From positions 1,764-65,763 of the forward strand of contig CABYVV010000002.1 in the NCBI GenBank assembly GCA_902522465.1: a DNA stretch of 64,000 nt. The letters run 5' to 3'. The position numbers and the translations under genes were made by a program. Positions 37,790-48,423 of the stretch are shown piece by piece; the first letter of the stretch is position 1, and each line of letters opens with the position of its first letter. The notes beneath the pieces were generated by a model. The model saw nothing but the letters and a program-made list of their open reading frames with translations, was not told where the DNA came from and made no database searches. The DNA is from an uncultured Alphaproteobacteria bacterium. Lineage in GTDB: Bacteria; Pseudomonadota; Alphaproteobacteria; Methylaequorales; Methylaequoraceae.

Positions 37790-40414
37790 ATGAAAAACTC
37801 AAATAACATAAGAAGAACGTTCATCGATTTTTTCAAAAAAAGGTCTCACACAGAGATTTCATCGTCTCCTTTAATCCCTCAAGATGATCCCAGTATTCTT
37901 TTCACCAATTCAGGAATGGTTCAATTTAAAAAATACTTCACAGGTGAGGAAAAATCTAAGTTTAAAAATATTGTAACTGCGCAAAAATGTCTAAGGGCAG
38001 GAGGAAAGCATAATGATCTTGAGAATGTTGGCTACACTCCAAGACATCATACTTTCTTTGAAATGTTAGGTAATTTTTCCTTCGGAGGATATTTTAAGGA
38101 AGAAGCTATAAAGTTTGCTTGGGATTTATTAACCAAGGAGTTTTCCATAGACAAAAATAAATTGATTATAACAGTTTATAAAGATGATGAAACTTCCTTT
38201 GATTTGTGGAAGAAAATTTCGGCTTTTCATTCAGATAGAATCATAAAAATAAGTACAGATGATAATTTTTGGTCAATGGGTGATTCTGGTCCGTGTGGAC
38301 CTTGTAGTGAAATATTTTTCGATAATGGAGATAGTATTTCAGGAGGATTACCAGGATCAAATGAACAAGACGGAAACAGATTTGTTGAGATATGGAATTT
38401 AGTTTTTATGGAATTTGAAAAAGTTGAAAATAATTTAACTAAATTGCCAGGAAAATTCGTTGATACAGGTATGGGTCTAGAGAGAATTAGTGCAGTCTTG
38501 TCTAATAAAATTAACAATTATGATACAGATTTGTTTGAATATATTTTTAAACGAATTTCGATCGAAGCAGAGACTAAATTAAATAATGATCTTATAATTT
38601 TTTTTAGAATTATTTCTGACCACATTAAATCAATTGTTTTTATGATGTCTGAAGGAATACTTCCTAGCAACGAAGGCAAAGGATATGTTTTAAGAAGAAT
38701 TATTAGAAGAGCATTATTGAATCTATACAAAATTAAACCTGGTTTAATTATTTTAAATAAGTTGGTTGATGATATCATTGAAAATTATTCAGGAGTTTAT
38801 TTTGAGCTAAAAAAAACTGATTCTTTCATCAAAAAGAATTTGAAGAATGAAGAAGAAAAATTTTCTGAGACCCTTAGCATGGGATTAGAGTTGCTAAACT
38901 CTGAAATAAAAAAACTTAAAAATAAAACCTTTCCACCGGAAATTGCATTTAAATTGTATGACACATATGGTTTTCCTGTTGATATGACAAATTCAATTTT
39001 GAAAGAAAAAGACTACAATCTTGATATCAATAAATACAAATCAATTGTCTCATCTCATAAGGAATCACAAAAAAATTCTTGGATTGGATCTACGGAAATT
39101 GAAAGAGACAGAACGATTCACGCACTTGCAAGGAGCTTTTCTGAAACCAAGTTTTGCGGTTATGAAAATTATAAATCAAAATCTAAATTGCTATACATTA
39201 TTGAGAATAACAAGTTGGTAGAGTCTGTATCAAGTTCTAAAAAATGTATTCTAGTCTTTAATAAAACACCTTTCTATGCGGAATCTGGTGGACAGGTAAG
39301 TGATAAAGGTGAAATTTTAGACGCTAACGGAATAGGAATCGGAAAAATAAATGATGTAAAAAAAATGGGTAATGGAGCATATTTGCATTATTTAGAAGAA
39401 AGCTGTAAAAATTTAGAGGTTAATAAGAACTATTTTTTGGAAATTAATAAATGTAATCGTGAAGTTATTAGAAACAATCATTCAGCTACTCATCTTTTAC
39501 ACGAATCATTACGCCGTATTGTTGGAGAACATGTTGCTCAAAAAGGTTCATTAGTTAATGAAAAGAAATTGAGATTCGATTATTCATCAAATGAACAACT
39601 TTCTAAAACACAGATTTATAAGATTGAATCATTGGTTAACAATACAATAAGGTCTAATGTAAAAGTTGAAGTAAAAAAAATGCCAATTAAAAAAGCTATT
39701 AATGGGGGAGCAATTGCATTATTCGGAGAGAAGTATCCAGAAATTGTTAGAGTTGTTCAAATGATTAATTCAACAAAAAATGAAAACGTACTTTCCTCAG
39801 TTGAACTTTGTGGTGGTACTCACGTCGATAGTACCGGTGAAATAGGAGTATTTAAAATCTTAAGTGATACTTCAGTATCCTCTGGAGTAAGAAGAGTAGA
39901 GGCATTAACTGGTGTTGATGCTAATATTTACTTTCAAAAAAAAATAGATGTTCTAAATGAGATAAAAAAAGAGTTAAAAGCAACAGATGAAAATGTTTTA
40001 AAAAAATTACTAGAAATTAAAAAAGAATTCAGTAATTTGAAGCGTAAATCCGTCACAAGTAATGTTTTATTTTCTAATTCTAAAATAATTAAAATCAAAC
40101 AACATAATGTTTACTATGATGATTTAAAATGTCACCCTAAAGATCTAAGAAATAATTCTGATGAGATAAAAAAAAACTTAAAATCAGGACTTATTGTTTT
40201 GACGACCAGCCACGACGAAAAGGTTTCAGTAGTAGTTTCAATAACCGAAGATTTATTAAATACTTTTGACTCAATAAAAGTTGTAAAAAAAATAATTTTG
40301 TTTCTTGGAGGAAAAGGAGGAGGAGGAAGAAAGGATTTATCTCAAGGTGGGGCTCCACTTAACAATAAGTTTGCAAAGTTAAAGAATGAATTAGTAGAAA
40401 TTATTAGTTCTTGA
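37790..40414 (+). CDS. alaS: Alanine--tRNA ligase
   Basis: 874 aa. FTNSGMVQFK, FEMLGNFSFGGYFK, editing-domain HSATHLLH ... CGGTH, and a C-terminal DHHA1 GGKGGGG. Confidence 0.95.
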   Translation: MKNSNNIRRTFIDFFKKRSHTEISSSPLIPQDDPSILFTNSGMVQFKKYFTGEEKSKFKNIVTAQKCLRAGGKHNDLENVGYTPRHHTFFEMLGNFSFGGYFKEEAIKFAWDLLTKEFSIDKNKLIITVYKDDETSFDLWKKISAFHSDRIIKISTDDNFWSMGDSGPCGPCSEIFFDNGDSISGGLPGSNEQDGNRFVEIWNLVFMEFEKVENNLTKLPGKFVDTGMGLERISAVLSNKINNYDTDLFEYIFKRISIEAETKLNNDLIIFFRIISDHIKSIVFMMSEGILPSNEGKGYVLRRIIRRALLNLYKIKPGLIILNKLVDDIIENYSGVYFELKKTDSFIKKNLKNEEEKFSETLSMGLELLNSEIKKLKNKTFPPEIAFKLYDTYGFPVDMTNSILKEKDYNLDINKYKSIVSSHKESQKNSWIGSTEIERDRTIHALARSFSETKFCGYENYKSKSKLLYIIENNKLVESVSSSKKCILVFNKTPFYAESGGQVSDKGEILDANGIGIGKINDVKKMGNGAYLHYLEESCKNLEVNKNYFLEINKCNREVIRNNHSATHLLHESLRRIVGEHVAQKGSLVNEKKLRFDYSSNEQLSKTQIYKIESLVNNTIRSNVKVEVKKMPIKKAINGGAIALFGEKYPEIVRVVQMINSTKNENVLSSVELCGGTHVDSTGEIGVFKILSDTSVSSGVRRVEALTGVDANIYFQKKIDVLNEIKKELKATDENVLKKLLEIKKEFSNLKRKSVTSNVLFSNSKIIKIKQHNVYYDDLKCHPKDLRNNSDEIKKNLKSGLIVLTTSHDEKVSVVVSITEDLLNTFDSIKVVKKIILFLGGKGGGGRKDLSQGGAPLNNKFAKLKNELVEIISS

Positions 40415-41606
40415 TTCTTGACACAATAATATCAAAAAATTCATTTGTTGTTATCCATTTTTGGTCTGGTCCACACATAAGTGCTAGATCTTTTGTCATG
40501 TAACCTTTATTTAATGTCTCTAAACAAAATTTTTCTAAATTAATAGAAAACTCTTCTAATTGATTATTGGAGTCAAGTATTGCTCTATGTTTCAGTGCTT
40601 TGCTCCATGCAAATATTGAAGCCACTGGATTTGTTGAAGTTTCTTTTCCATTCTGATGTTGTCTAAAATGACTAGTAATGGTTCCATGAGCAGCCTCAGT
40701 CTCTACAATTTCTCCATCAGGGCTTTGAAGAATCGATGACATTAGCCCCAGTGAGCCAAATCCTTGTGCAACAAGATCTGACATAACATCTCCATCATAA
40801 TTTTTACATGCCCAAACAAATCCACCACTCCATTTCATTAAACATGCAACCATGTCGTCAATCAATCTATGCTGGTAAAGAAGGTTTTTTTTTTCAAATT
40901 CTTTTTTAAATTCTTTTTCGTATAAAACATCAAATATTTCTTTAAACGATTCATCATATTTTTGTAGAATTGTATTTTTAGTTGAAAGAAAAAGTGGAAA
41001 ATTTCTTTTGATTGAAAAGTTAAAACAAGAATAAGCAAAATCCTTTATTGAATCAAAAGTATTAAAATAAGCTAGACCAACTCCGTCTGATTTAAAATCA
41101 TAAATATCAATTTCTTCTTTAATTCCATTTTTATGTTCATAAAGCATTTTTAACTTTCCACCATTTCCAGTAAAAACTTCTTTTGATCTATATATGTCAC
41201 CAAAAGCATGACGGGCAATAACTACTGGCTGATTCCAATGTCCTACTATTTTTGGAATCTTCTTAACTATTATTGGTTCACGAAAAATTGTCCCATTTAA
41301 AATATTTCTGATTGTTCCATTAGGGGAGGGATATTTTTTTTTTAAATTAAACTCTTTTACCCTTTTATCGTCAGGAGTAATTGTGGCGCACTTGACTCCA
41401 ACCTTATTAGTTTTAATTGATTTGGCTGATTCAATTGTGATTTCGTCATTTGTTCTGTCTCTATTTTCAATACTTAAGTCAAAAGTTAATAAATTTAAAT
41501 CTATGAACGGAAAAATTAATTCTTCTTTAATTTTATTCCATAAAACTCTTGCCATTTCGTCCCCATTAATATCAACTATGGGATTATTGACTACTATTTT
41601 AGACAT
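40404..41606 (-). CDS. icd: NADP-dependent isocitrate dehydrogenase, eukaryote-like homodimeric type
   Basis: 400 aa. DGDEM-like NGDEMARVLW, CATITPD, SPNGTIRNILNGTIFREPI and DGDVMSD. Confidence 0.92.
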   Translation of the reverse strand: MSKIVVNNPIVDINGDEMARVLWNKIKEELIFPFIDLNLLTFDLSIENRDRTNDEITIESAKSIKTNKVGVKCATITPDDKRVKEFNLKKKYPSPNGTIRNILNGTIFREPIIVKKIPKIVGHWNQPVVIARHAFGDIYRSKEVFTGNGGKLKMLYEHKNGIKEEIDIYDFKSDGVGLAYFNTFDSIKDFAYSCFNFSIKRNFPLFLSTKNTILQKYDESFKEIFDVLYEKEFKKEFEKKNLLYQHRLIDDMVACLMKWSGGFVWACKNYDGDVMSDLVAQGFGSLGLMSSILQSPDGEIVETEAAHGTITSHFRQHQNGKETSTNPVASIFAWSKALKHRAILDSNNQLEEFSINLEKFCLETLNKGYMTKDLALMCGPDQKWITTNEFFDIIVSRIKN

Positions 41607-41787
41607 GTGGTTTTAACAGTGTAGATTGATAAAATAGAAAAACGGTTGAAATAAATATTATTCATTACTTTTAAAAATTAATTATTATTGTTTTATTTTA
41701 TTATTTAATTTAATACATCTTTTAAATAAAAAATAAATAATATTGGAAAATGGAAATTTGGATATATTATAAAATAGAAGCTTATCA

Positions 41788-42762
41788 ATGAAAAATGAAT
41801 TTAAAATATTGTTTTTTTTATCATCAATAATAGTGGTATTTTATATCATACTCCCTGATTTAGAGAATATCGAAACAGAAAAAAAAAGCCAATCTCAAGC
41901 TGTACAAAATAAACAGGCCATTGAAAACATCGCCGAAGAACAAAATAAAACAATCCCGCTTACATTTGATATTGTACGAGTTTCTAAATTTGGGGATGCG
42001 GTAATTGCAGGTAAATCAGAACCGAATATATTTATCGAACTCTTAAATAAAAATAAAAAAATTGCCTCTTTTTATTCTGACAATAACGGTGAATGGATTT
42101 GGGTCAGTGAGGTTCCACTCTTAGATGAATACCTAGAATTAAGATTAAGGTATATTGATGACAAAAAAAATAACTTTTTTTCAGATCAAACAATTGTGGT
42201 TTTAAATGAGAGAAAAAAAAATGTTAAACCGATAATTGTAAAAATTCTATCTAATGAAAACGAGACAATTGATATTCTTAATCTAGACTATGTATCAGAT
42301 GGTTTGTCTATGGATATGGTTAATTTTTCTAATGGAAATTTCTTTTTGTCAGGTAGAACGATATCTGATCAAAAACTTTTCTTTAAAAACAAAGCTAGTT
42401 ATGATAAAGAATTTTATTCAGATGAAATTGGCAATTGGAGAATAAGTTTTAATGTGAAAGAAATTTCTAATGATTTAATTGAAATATATACAAAAATAAG
42501 AGATGAAGATATCTCATTAACTTTTAATGTTTCAGAATTTAATAAGAAATTGACCAAAAGCTCTAATAAAATAAAAAACAAAAAAATTATAGTTGAAAAA
42601 GGAAATAGTCTTTGGAGAATAGCCAGAAAAAGTTATGGTAATGGAATCTTTTATTCCGAGATATATAAAAATAATTTAAAAAAAATTAAGCATCCCGATC
42701 TAATATTTCCAGGTCAAGTTTTCAATATTCCAGTTTTAAACAAAAAAATTTCATATGAATAA
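41788..42762 (+). CDS. LysM-domain membrane-anchored protein
   Basis: N-terminal TM helix, and a C-terminal LysM IVEKGNSLWRIARKSYGNGIFYSEIYKNNLKKIKHPDLIFPGQVFNIP. Confidence 0.7.
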   Translation: MKNEFKILFFLSSIIVVFYIILPDLENIETEKKSQSQAVQNKQAIENIAEEQNKTIPLTFDIVRVSKFGDAVIAGKSEPNIFIELLNKNKKIASFYSDNNGEWIWVSEVPLLDEYLELRLRYIDDKKNNFFSDQTIVVLNERKKNVKPIIVKILSNENETIDILNLDYVSDGLSMDMVNFSNGNFFLSGRTISDQKLFFKNKASYDKEFYSDEIGNWRISFNVKEISNDLIEIYTKIRDEDISLTFNVSEFNKKLTKSSNKIKNKKIIVEKGNSLWRIARKSYGNGIFYSEIYKNNLKKIKHPDLIFPGQVFNIPVLNKKISYE

Positions 42763-43495
42763 AAAAAGCGATTTTTTTGATAAGCTGATTGATGCATTTA
42801 GAGAATTAGAGTTTATTAAAGAATATATACCTCCAATAAATAGAGCAGGATATCCGTTCATAATTTTATTTTTAATTTTTACAATCATAATATCAATTCT
42901 CTCAGATTTCCTAGGATGGATAGGCTTGATTTTAACGATATGGTGTGTATATTTTTTTCGTGACCCCAACAGGATAACCCCAAAACATCCAAATGTTCTG
43001 GTTGCTCCTGCAGATGGAAAAGTTCTAAAAATATCACAAGCAGCAGCACCTGAAAACTTAAGTGATGGTAAACGTGAAGATATGAATAAGATATCAATAT
43101 TTATGAATATTTTTAATGTTCATGTTAACAGAATTCCAGTGAGCGGAAGGGTTGTATGGTTAAAATATGTTCCTGGTGCTTTTTTTAATGCATCACTTGA
43201 CAAATCTAGCGAAAAAAATGAGAGAATGATTGCTAAAATTGAAATAAAAAAGGATTTATATGTTTATGTTGTTCAGATTGCTGGTTTAATTGCGAGAAGA
43301 ATTAAATGTGAACTAGAGGAAAATCAAAACGTTAAAGTTGGAGAACGTTTTGGGATTATAAGATTTGGAAGCAGAGTTGACCTTTACCTACCTAAAACCT
43401 TTAACATAAGTGTTCTGGAAGATCAAACTATGGTTTCAGGAGAAACTATTGTTGCAGATGCTGAACGTTCTATTAGTAAAATACAAAAAAAATAA
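42755..43495 (+). CDS. psd: Phosphatidylserine decarboxylase proenzyme (short alphaproteobacterial type)
   Basis: Two N-terminal TM helices, FFRDPNR, and the self-cleavage region IIRFGSRVDLYLP. Confidence 0.88.
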   Translation: MNKKSDFFDKLIDAFRELEFIKEYIPPINRAGYPFIILFLIFTIIISILSDFLGWIGLILTIWCVYFFRDPNRITPKHPNVLVAPADGKVLKISQAAAPENLSDGKREDMNKISIFMNIFNVHVNRIPVSGRVVWLKYVPGAFFNASLDKSSEKNERMIAKIEIKKDLYVYVVQIAGLIARRIKCELEENQNVKVGERFGIIRFGSRVDLYLPKTFNISVLEDQTMVSGETIVADAERSISKIQKK

Positions 43496-43504
43496 ACAAA
43501 GATA

Positions 43505-44215
43505 ATGAAAAAATTATCACTAAGAAGTTTAATACCGAATTTGTTCACTTTTATATCCTTAACTTTTGGATTGTCTGCAATAAGATTTGCGATAGATGAA
43601 AAATATGAGATGGCAGTTTCTCTTATTGTTTTTGCCTCTTTTCTAGATAATATAGATGGAAAGTTAGCTAGATTATTAAAAACAAATTCAGATTTTGGCG
43701 TCGAATTAGATTCTTTGTCAGACTTTATAAGTTTTGGAATTGCTCCTGCAATTGTTGTTTATCTTTGGTCTGAATCTCTGTTTTATGAAAGTAGTTGGGC
43801 ATTTGTAATTTTTTATGCAATATGTTCTTCTTCAAGACTTGCAAAGTTTAATCTTTCAAACTTTGAGAACAATAACGATTTAAAAAAAGTAAAGTTTTTT
43901 TCAGGTATTTCTACCCCTGCTGCTGCTGGGTTAACCTTATTACCAATGATGTTTTATTTTAGATTTAATCCTTCAATTAATGAAATATTGATAAAATTTT
44001 ATTTGTTTATTCCTGCAATTCTTATGATATCAAATATTCCTACATACTCGCTAAAAGGAATAAAGTTTGAAAAAAAGAAGATTTCCTTTTTAATAGTTGT
44101 TTTAGCTAGCTTTTTATCTTTGCTGTTAACTGACTTTTGGCTTGCAATGATACTTTTAATAATTGTTTATTTCCTGAGTATTCCATTTGCGGTTTATGAA
44201 TTCAAAAAGAACTAA
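43505..44215 (+). CDS. pssA: CDP-diacylglycerol--serine O-phosphatidyltransferase
   Basis: CDP-alcohol phosphatidyltransferase motif DNIDGKLARLLKTNSDFGVELDSLSD. Confidence 0.9.
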   Translation: MKKLSLRSLIPNLFTFISLTFGLSAIRFAIDEKYEMAVSLIVFASFLDNIDGKLARLLKTNSDFGVELDSLSDFISFGIAPAIVVYLWSESLFYESSWAFVIFYAICSSSRLAKFNLSNFENNNDLKKVKFFSGISTPAAAGLTLLPMMFYFRFNPSINEILIKFYLFIPAILMISNIPTYSLKGIKFEKKKISFLIVVLASFLSLLLTDFWLAMILLIIVYFLSIPFAVYEFKKN

Positions 44216-47200
44216 AGATTTTTGACTTTTCACCAATGTATATTAAACAAGGTGTGATTATAAGAGTTAGAATAAATGAAATCATTACACCAAAAACCAT
44301 TGCGTTTGAAAGTTGTATCCACCATTGAGAACTAGGACTTCCGAAATTAACTTCAGCATCGAGAAAATTGATATTAAGACCAATTGCCATTGGAATTAGA
44401 CCAAAAAATGTGGTTAATGTGGTAAGTAGGACTGGTCTAAGACGTTGAGCTCCAGTCCTAATTATAGCCTCTTTTACTTTCTCTCCTCTTTCACGAAGAT
44501 TCTTATAAGTATTCAGTAATACTATATTATTATTGACTACAATACCTGCTAAAGCAATTATTCCAATGCCACTCATAATGATACCAAAGGGTTTGTCGGA
44601 AATAAGAAGACCAATCATCACCCCGATTGTTGAAAAGATGACTGCACTTAGAATAATAAAACAGTAATAAAAACTATTAAATGTTGCGATTAAAATAATT
44701 GTAATGAGAAAAAGGGAAACGAAGAATGCCTTTATTAGGAATTCTTTTGCCTCGGTTTGATCTTCTTCTTGTCCACTAAAGATTATTTGAGAGTTAAAAG
44801 TGTTTGATTGTTTCAACCAATCTTTAATTTCATTAACTTTATTATTACTGATTATTCCCTCAACTACATCAAATTTTATTGTCTTTGAGTTTATTGTTTG
44901 ATACCTAGAAATTTTACCTACTTTTTTTTTTGGCACTCTTTCAACAAATAAACTTAGTGATACGGGACCTATCTCTCCTTCAATTAAAATTTCGTCTAAT
45001 TCATCTAAGGTCCTAAATTCTCTATCGTATTTAACTACGATATCTATTTCTTCATCACTATCTGATGGCATGAATTCTGTCACTTTTAAACCATGAGTAA
45101 GCATTTGAATTGCATTGCCAATGGTTTGGATATCTACTCCGTGCTTATCAGCCTGTTCTCTATCAATTAGAAGTTCCCACTCAATTCCAGGATTATCGAT
45201 ATCAGTATCAATATTCTTCAGCCAGTCCTTAGTTTTCAAAAAACTATAGAGGTTAGAAGTATCAGAAATTAATTTTCTACTATCATTATTTACAATGTAT
45301 ATTTCGACATCTCTATCTTTTGGAGGACCATCTTTTTTTTCAATGAACTCTAGATATATTCCGGGGAATTGATTTGTCTTTTCTTTCAAATCTTTAAGGA
45401 TAATTTTAGCTTGTGGTCTTTTTTTCCAATCAATTAATTCAATCTTAATACTTCCAATTACATCCTCTGATTCACTCCTTTTTTGCCCTTTAACATGGCC
45501 ACTTCTTGAATAAATATTTCTTATGTATTCGTTGTCAATAACCTTTTTTTCAATTTTTTTGACAATTTGATCTTTTTCATTTGGAGAAAAATTTCCTCTT
45601 GCGTGTATAACTATTTCAGCGTAATCAGGTTCTATTGCAGGGAAATATTCAATTCCTTTTCCAAAACGAACATATAGTAGTTGAATAAAAAAAAGAAAAA
45701 CCAAAGTAAGTAATAATAATTTTTTAGGATTGTCTAAAGAATATTCTATAATTTTTATGTATTTTGCTTGCAATCCTGTTATCTGATTAAGATCACCTTT
45801 CTCCAGTAAATTAAGATTTTTTATATTTTGTTTTGATAGTGTTTTATCAAATCCAAAAATGCCACCAATAGTAGGTATGAAAATTAATGCCATAACTAAT
45901 GATGACGATAAAACAGCCAAAAGAGTTACTGGGAGAAAAAACATAAATTCACCGGCTACTCCTGGCCAAAAAATCAAAGGAAAAAATGCTGCCAGTGTTG
46001 TTAATGTAGATGCAAGAACAGGAATGAACATTTTTTTTGCTGACATAATGAAAACTTTCTGTTTTTCTATTCCTTCACTTGATCTTCTGTTGGCATATTC
46101 AACAACAATTATTGCTCCATCAATTAGAATGCCCACAGAAAGAATTAGCGCAAATAGAACAACTACATTTATGGTTACATTAAAGAATGAAAGAACTATC
46201 ATGGATAAAAGAAATGAAGATGGTATTGAAATACTAACAAGTAATGCAGACTTCCATCCCATAAATATTATTATAATTATTAATACAATTAAAGTAGCTA
46301 AAATCACATTATTTTCTAAATCTTTAATCTGATTCTTAATTTTTTCTGACTCGTCCTGAAAAATACCAATTTTTAAATAATCTGGAATTTCGTTTTTGTT
46401 GAGTGCTAAAAAACCTTTTATTTTGTCTATTGTTTTAATAATGTTTTCACCAGTTCTTTTAGAGATTTCCAAAATAATTGCGTTTTTGCCGTTGTTTCTT
46501 GCAAATCCTACCTTTTCTTTAAACGAGTCTCTTATCTCAGCAACATCTTTAAGTGTGAGGACAGAATTAGTTGTTGACTTAATGGGAATATTTAATAAAT
46601 CTTTTCTACTTTCTATTAGGCTTGGAATTTTAATATTAAAACTGCCTTTTTCATTTACTAATGTTCCGGCAGGAATCATTAAGTTACTTTGAGCGATAGC
46701 TGATAAAACGTCTTTATCTGTAAGTCCGTAATTCTCTACAATTTTAGGATCTACGATAATATTTATTTCTCTTTCATTTTCACCTAATGTGGTAACCTCT
46801 AAAACTTCCGAAAACGTTTCGATTTTTTTTTTTAAAAATTTAGCATATTTTTGAATAATTCTATCATCTACATTTCCAGAAATTGCTACAGCTAACACTG
46901 GAAATCTAGATAAATTAATCTCAGTAGCTCTAGGTTCATCAGTTTCATCTGGTAATTTACTTTTTGAAATATCAATTTTTACTCTTGTTTCTGATAAGGC
47001 CTTATTAGAATCAAAACCTGCATCAAATTCTAAAATAATATTTCCTCCACCAAGAAAAGCAGTAGAAGAAATTTTTTTAACTCCTTCTATTTTTTTTAAC
47101 TCTTTCTCAATTGGTTTAATAAGTAATCTTTCAGAATCTTTTGGTGAAATACCTTTGTGCGATATTGTAGTGTATATAACTGGCAGACTAATATCCGGAT

Positions 47201-47303
47201 CCGATTCTTTTGGTAAGGTAATATATTTATAAAAACCGAAAAAAATAAAAAAAGTTAAAAAAGTTAAAATAAGTTTTCTTTGGATAAGAATTTTCTCTAT
47301 CAT
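44202..47303 (-). CDS. RND-family efflux transporter, inner-membrane (AcrB-like) subunit
   Basis: 1033 aa with a 12-TM AcrB/AcrD/AcrF-type layout and two large periplasmic loops. Confidence 0.88.
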   Translation of the reverse strand: MIEKILIQRKLILTFLTFFIFFGFYKYITLPKESDPDISLPVIYTTISHKGISPKDSERLLIKPIEKELKKIEGVKKISSTAFLGGGNIILEFDAGFDSNKALSETRVKIDISKSKLPDETDEPRATEINLSRFPVLAVAISGNVDDRIIQKYAKFLKKKIETFSEVLEVTTLGENEREINIIVDPKIVENYGLTDKDVLSAIAQSNLMIPAGTLVNEKGSFNIKIPSLIESRKDLLNIPIKSTTNSVLTLKDVAEIRDSFKEKVGFARNNGKNAIILEISKRTGENIIKTIDKIKGFLALNKNEIPDYLKIGIFQDESEKIKNQIKDLENNVILATLIVLIIIIIFMGWKSALLVSISIPSSFLLSMIVLSFFNVTINVVVLFALILSVGILIDGAIIVVEYANRRSSEGIEKQKVFIMSAKKMFIPVLASTLTTLAAFFPLIFWPGVAGEFMFFLPVTLLAVLSSSLVMALIFIPTIGGIFGFDKTLSKQNIKNLNLLEKGDLNQITGLQAKYIKIIEYSLDNPKKLLLLTLVFLFFIQLLYVRFGKGIEYFPAIEPDYAEIVIHARGNFSPNEKDQIVKKIEKKVIDNEYIRNIYSRSGHVKGQKRSESEDVIGSIKIELIDWKKRPQAKIILKDLKEKTNQFPGIYLEFIEKKDGPPKDRDVEIYIVNNDSRKLISDTSNLYSFLKTKDWLKNIDTDIDNPGIEWELLIDREQADKHGVDIQTIGNAIQMLTHGLKVTEFMPSDSDEEIDIVVKYDREFRTLDELDEILIEGEIGPVSLSLFVERVPKKKVGKISRYQTINSKTIKFDVVEGIISNNKVNEIKDWLKQSNTFNSQIIFSGQEEDQTEAKEFLIKAFFVSLFLITIILIATFNSFYYCFIILSAVIFSTIGVMIGLLISDKPFGIIMSGIGIIALAGIVVNNNIVLLNTYKNLRERGEKVKEAIIRTGAQRLRPVLLTTLTTFFGLIPMAIGLNINFLDAEVNFGSPSSQWWIQLSNAMVFGVMISFILTLIITPCLIYIGEKSKIFSSF

Positions 47304-48340
47304 TGTTTTTTTATAATTATTACTTTTTCACCATCGACCGTAAAATCTTGGCCTTGAGTTATTATTGATAATTTATTCTGTTTCTCAATATTATTTGAAT
47401 TAATCCAGAATCCATTACCTGTGTCACTTAAGATCTCAATTGGAATAAACTTTACTTTATTATTAACTATTATCTTTATACCAATCTGTCCTTTGCCATT
47501 TAATGTTGCAAGTGAGGATGGTATAAAATAAGCTTTACTTGAGGGACCATCAATAATAATTTCGCTGGATAATCCACTAAGTATTTTATTTTCTTTATTT
47601 TCAACTCTTACCTGTATTGTAAAACTCCTTGTGGACGGATCCGAGGTTTTTGATATATAACTTACAACTCCTTTTTCAGTTTTATTACCAATTCTTACTA
47701 ACGCATTCTGATTAATATTTATATTGTTTATTTCTCTCTCATTTGCAGTGGCTTGAATAACTATTGGATCTAGATCAACAATTTTTGCTATTGAATCTCC
47801 TTTTTTTACATAATCTCCTAATTCCACAAAACTTTTATCAACCACACTATCAAACGGTATCGAAACTTTCGTATTATTTAATTCAACTTGACTTTTTTCA
47901 TAAAGTGCCAGTGCATTTTCAAAATTTGTTCTTGATTGACTTAATTTTACCTCTGATCTAAAACCCTTTGTGTAAAGACTTTCAGCGACCTCAAATTCTT
48001 TTTTTCTTTGGTTTAATAGAGCTTCCATTTCTTTGACCTTCGCAACTTTGTCTTCTGGATCTATTAATAAAAGAATACTTCCTGCTTTATAAAAAAAACC
48101 TTTTTCAAATTGTTTTGAACTTACTTTTCCGTCAACCTGTGCTTTAATAGTTACAACTCTGGATGCTTCACTAAAACCCCGAAGTTTAATCTTTTTTGAA
48201 AATTTAGTTTTAGCAAATTCTTTGACCTCTACTTTTTTGGTTAATTCTGTATTAAGTGTTGGTGCAACCTTATTATCTTTTTTAAAAAAAAGAAATACCG
48301 AAGCCAACGAGAGCAATACTATCAAGACAATAATTTTCAT
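47300..48340 (-). CDS. RND efflux periplasmic adaptor (membrane fusion protein)
   Basis: Signal/anchor N-terminus, lipoyl-like and coiled-coil segments, and a 4-nt overlap with the RND pump gene. Confidence 0.8.
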   Translation of the reverse strand: MKIIVLIVLLSLASVFLFFKKDNKVAPTLNTELTKKVEVKEFAKTKFSKKIKLRGFSEASRVVTIKAQVDGKVSSKQFEKGFFYKAGSILLLIDPEDKVAKVKEMEALLNQRKKEFEVAESLYTKGFRSEVKLSQSRTNFENALALYEKSQVELNNTKVSIPFDSVVDKSFVELGDYVKKGDSIAKIVDLDPIVIQATANEREINNININQNALVRIGNKTEKGVVSYISKTSDPSTRSFTIQVRVENKENKILSGLSSEIIIDGPSSKAYFIPSSLATLNGKGQIGIKIIVNNKVKFIPIEILSDTGNGFWINSNNIEKQNKLSIITQGQDFTVDGEKVIIIKKQ

Positions 48341-48423
48341 TTTCTATTTTGTGAAATATAATTCCAAATTTGATTAAATAATTAATTACTAATAAAATAA
48401 AGTATAATTAAAAAATTTTTAAA

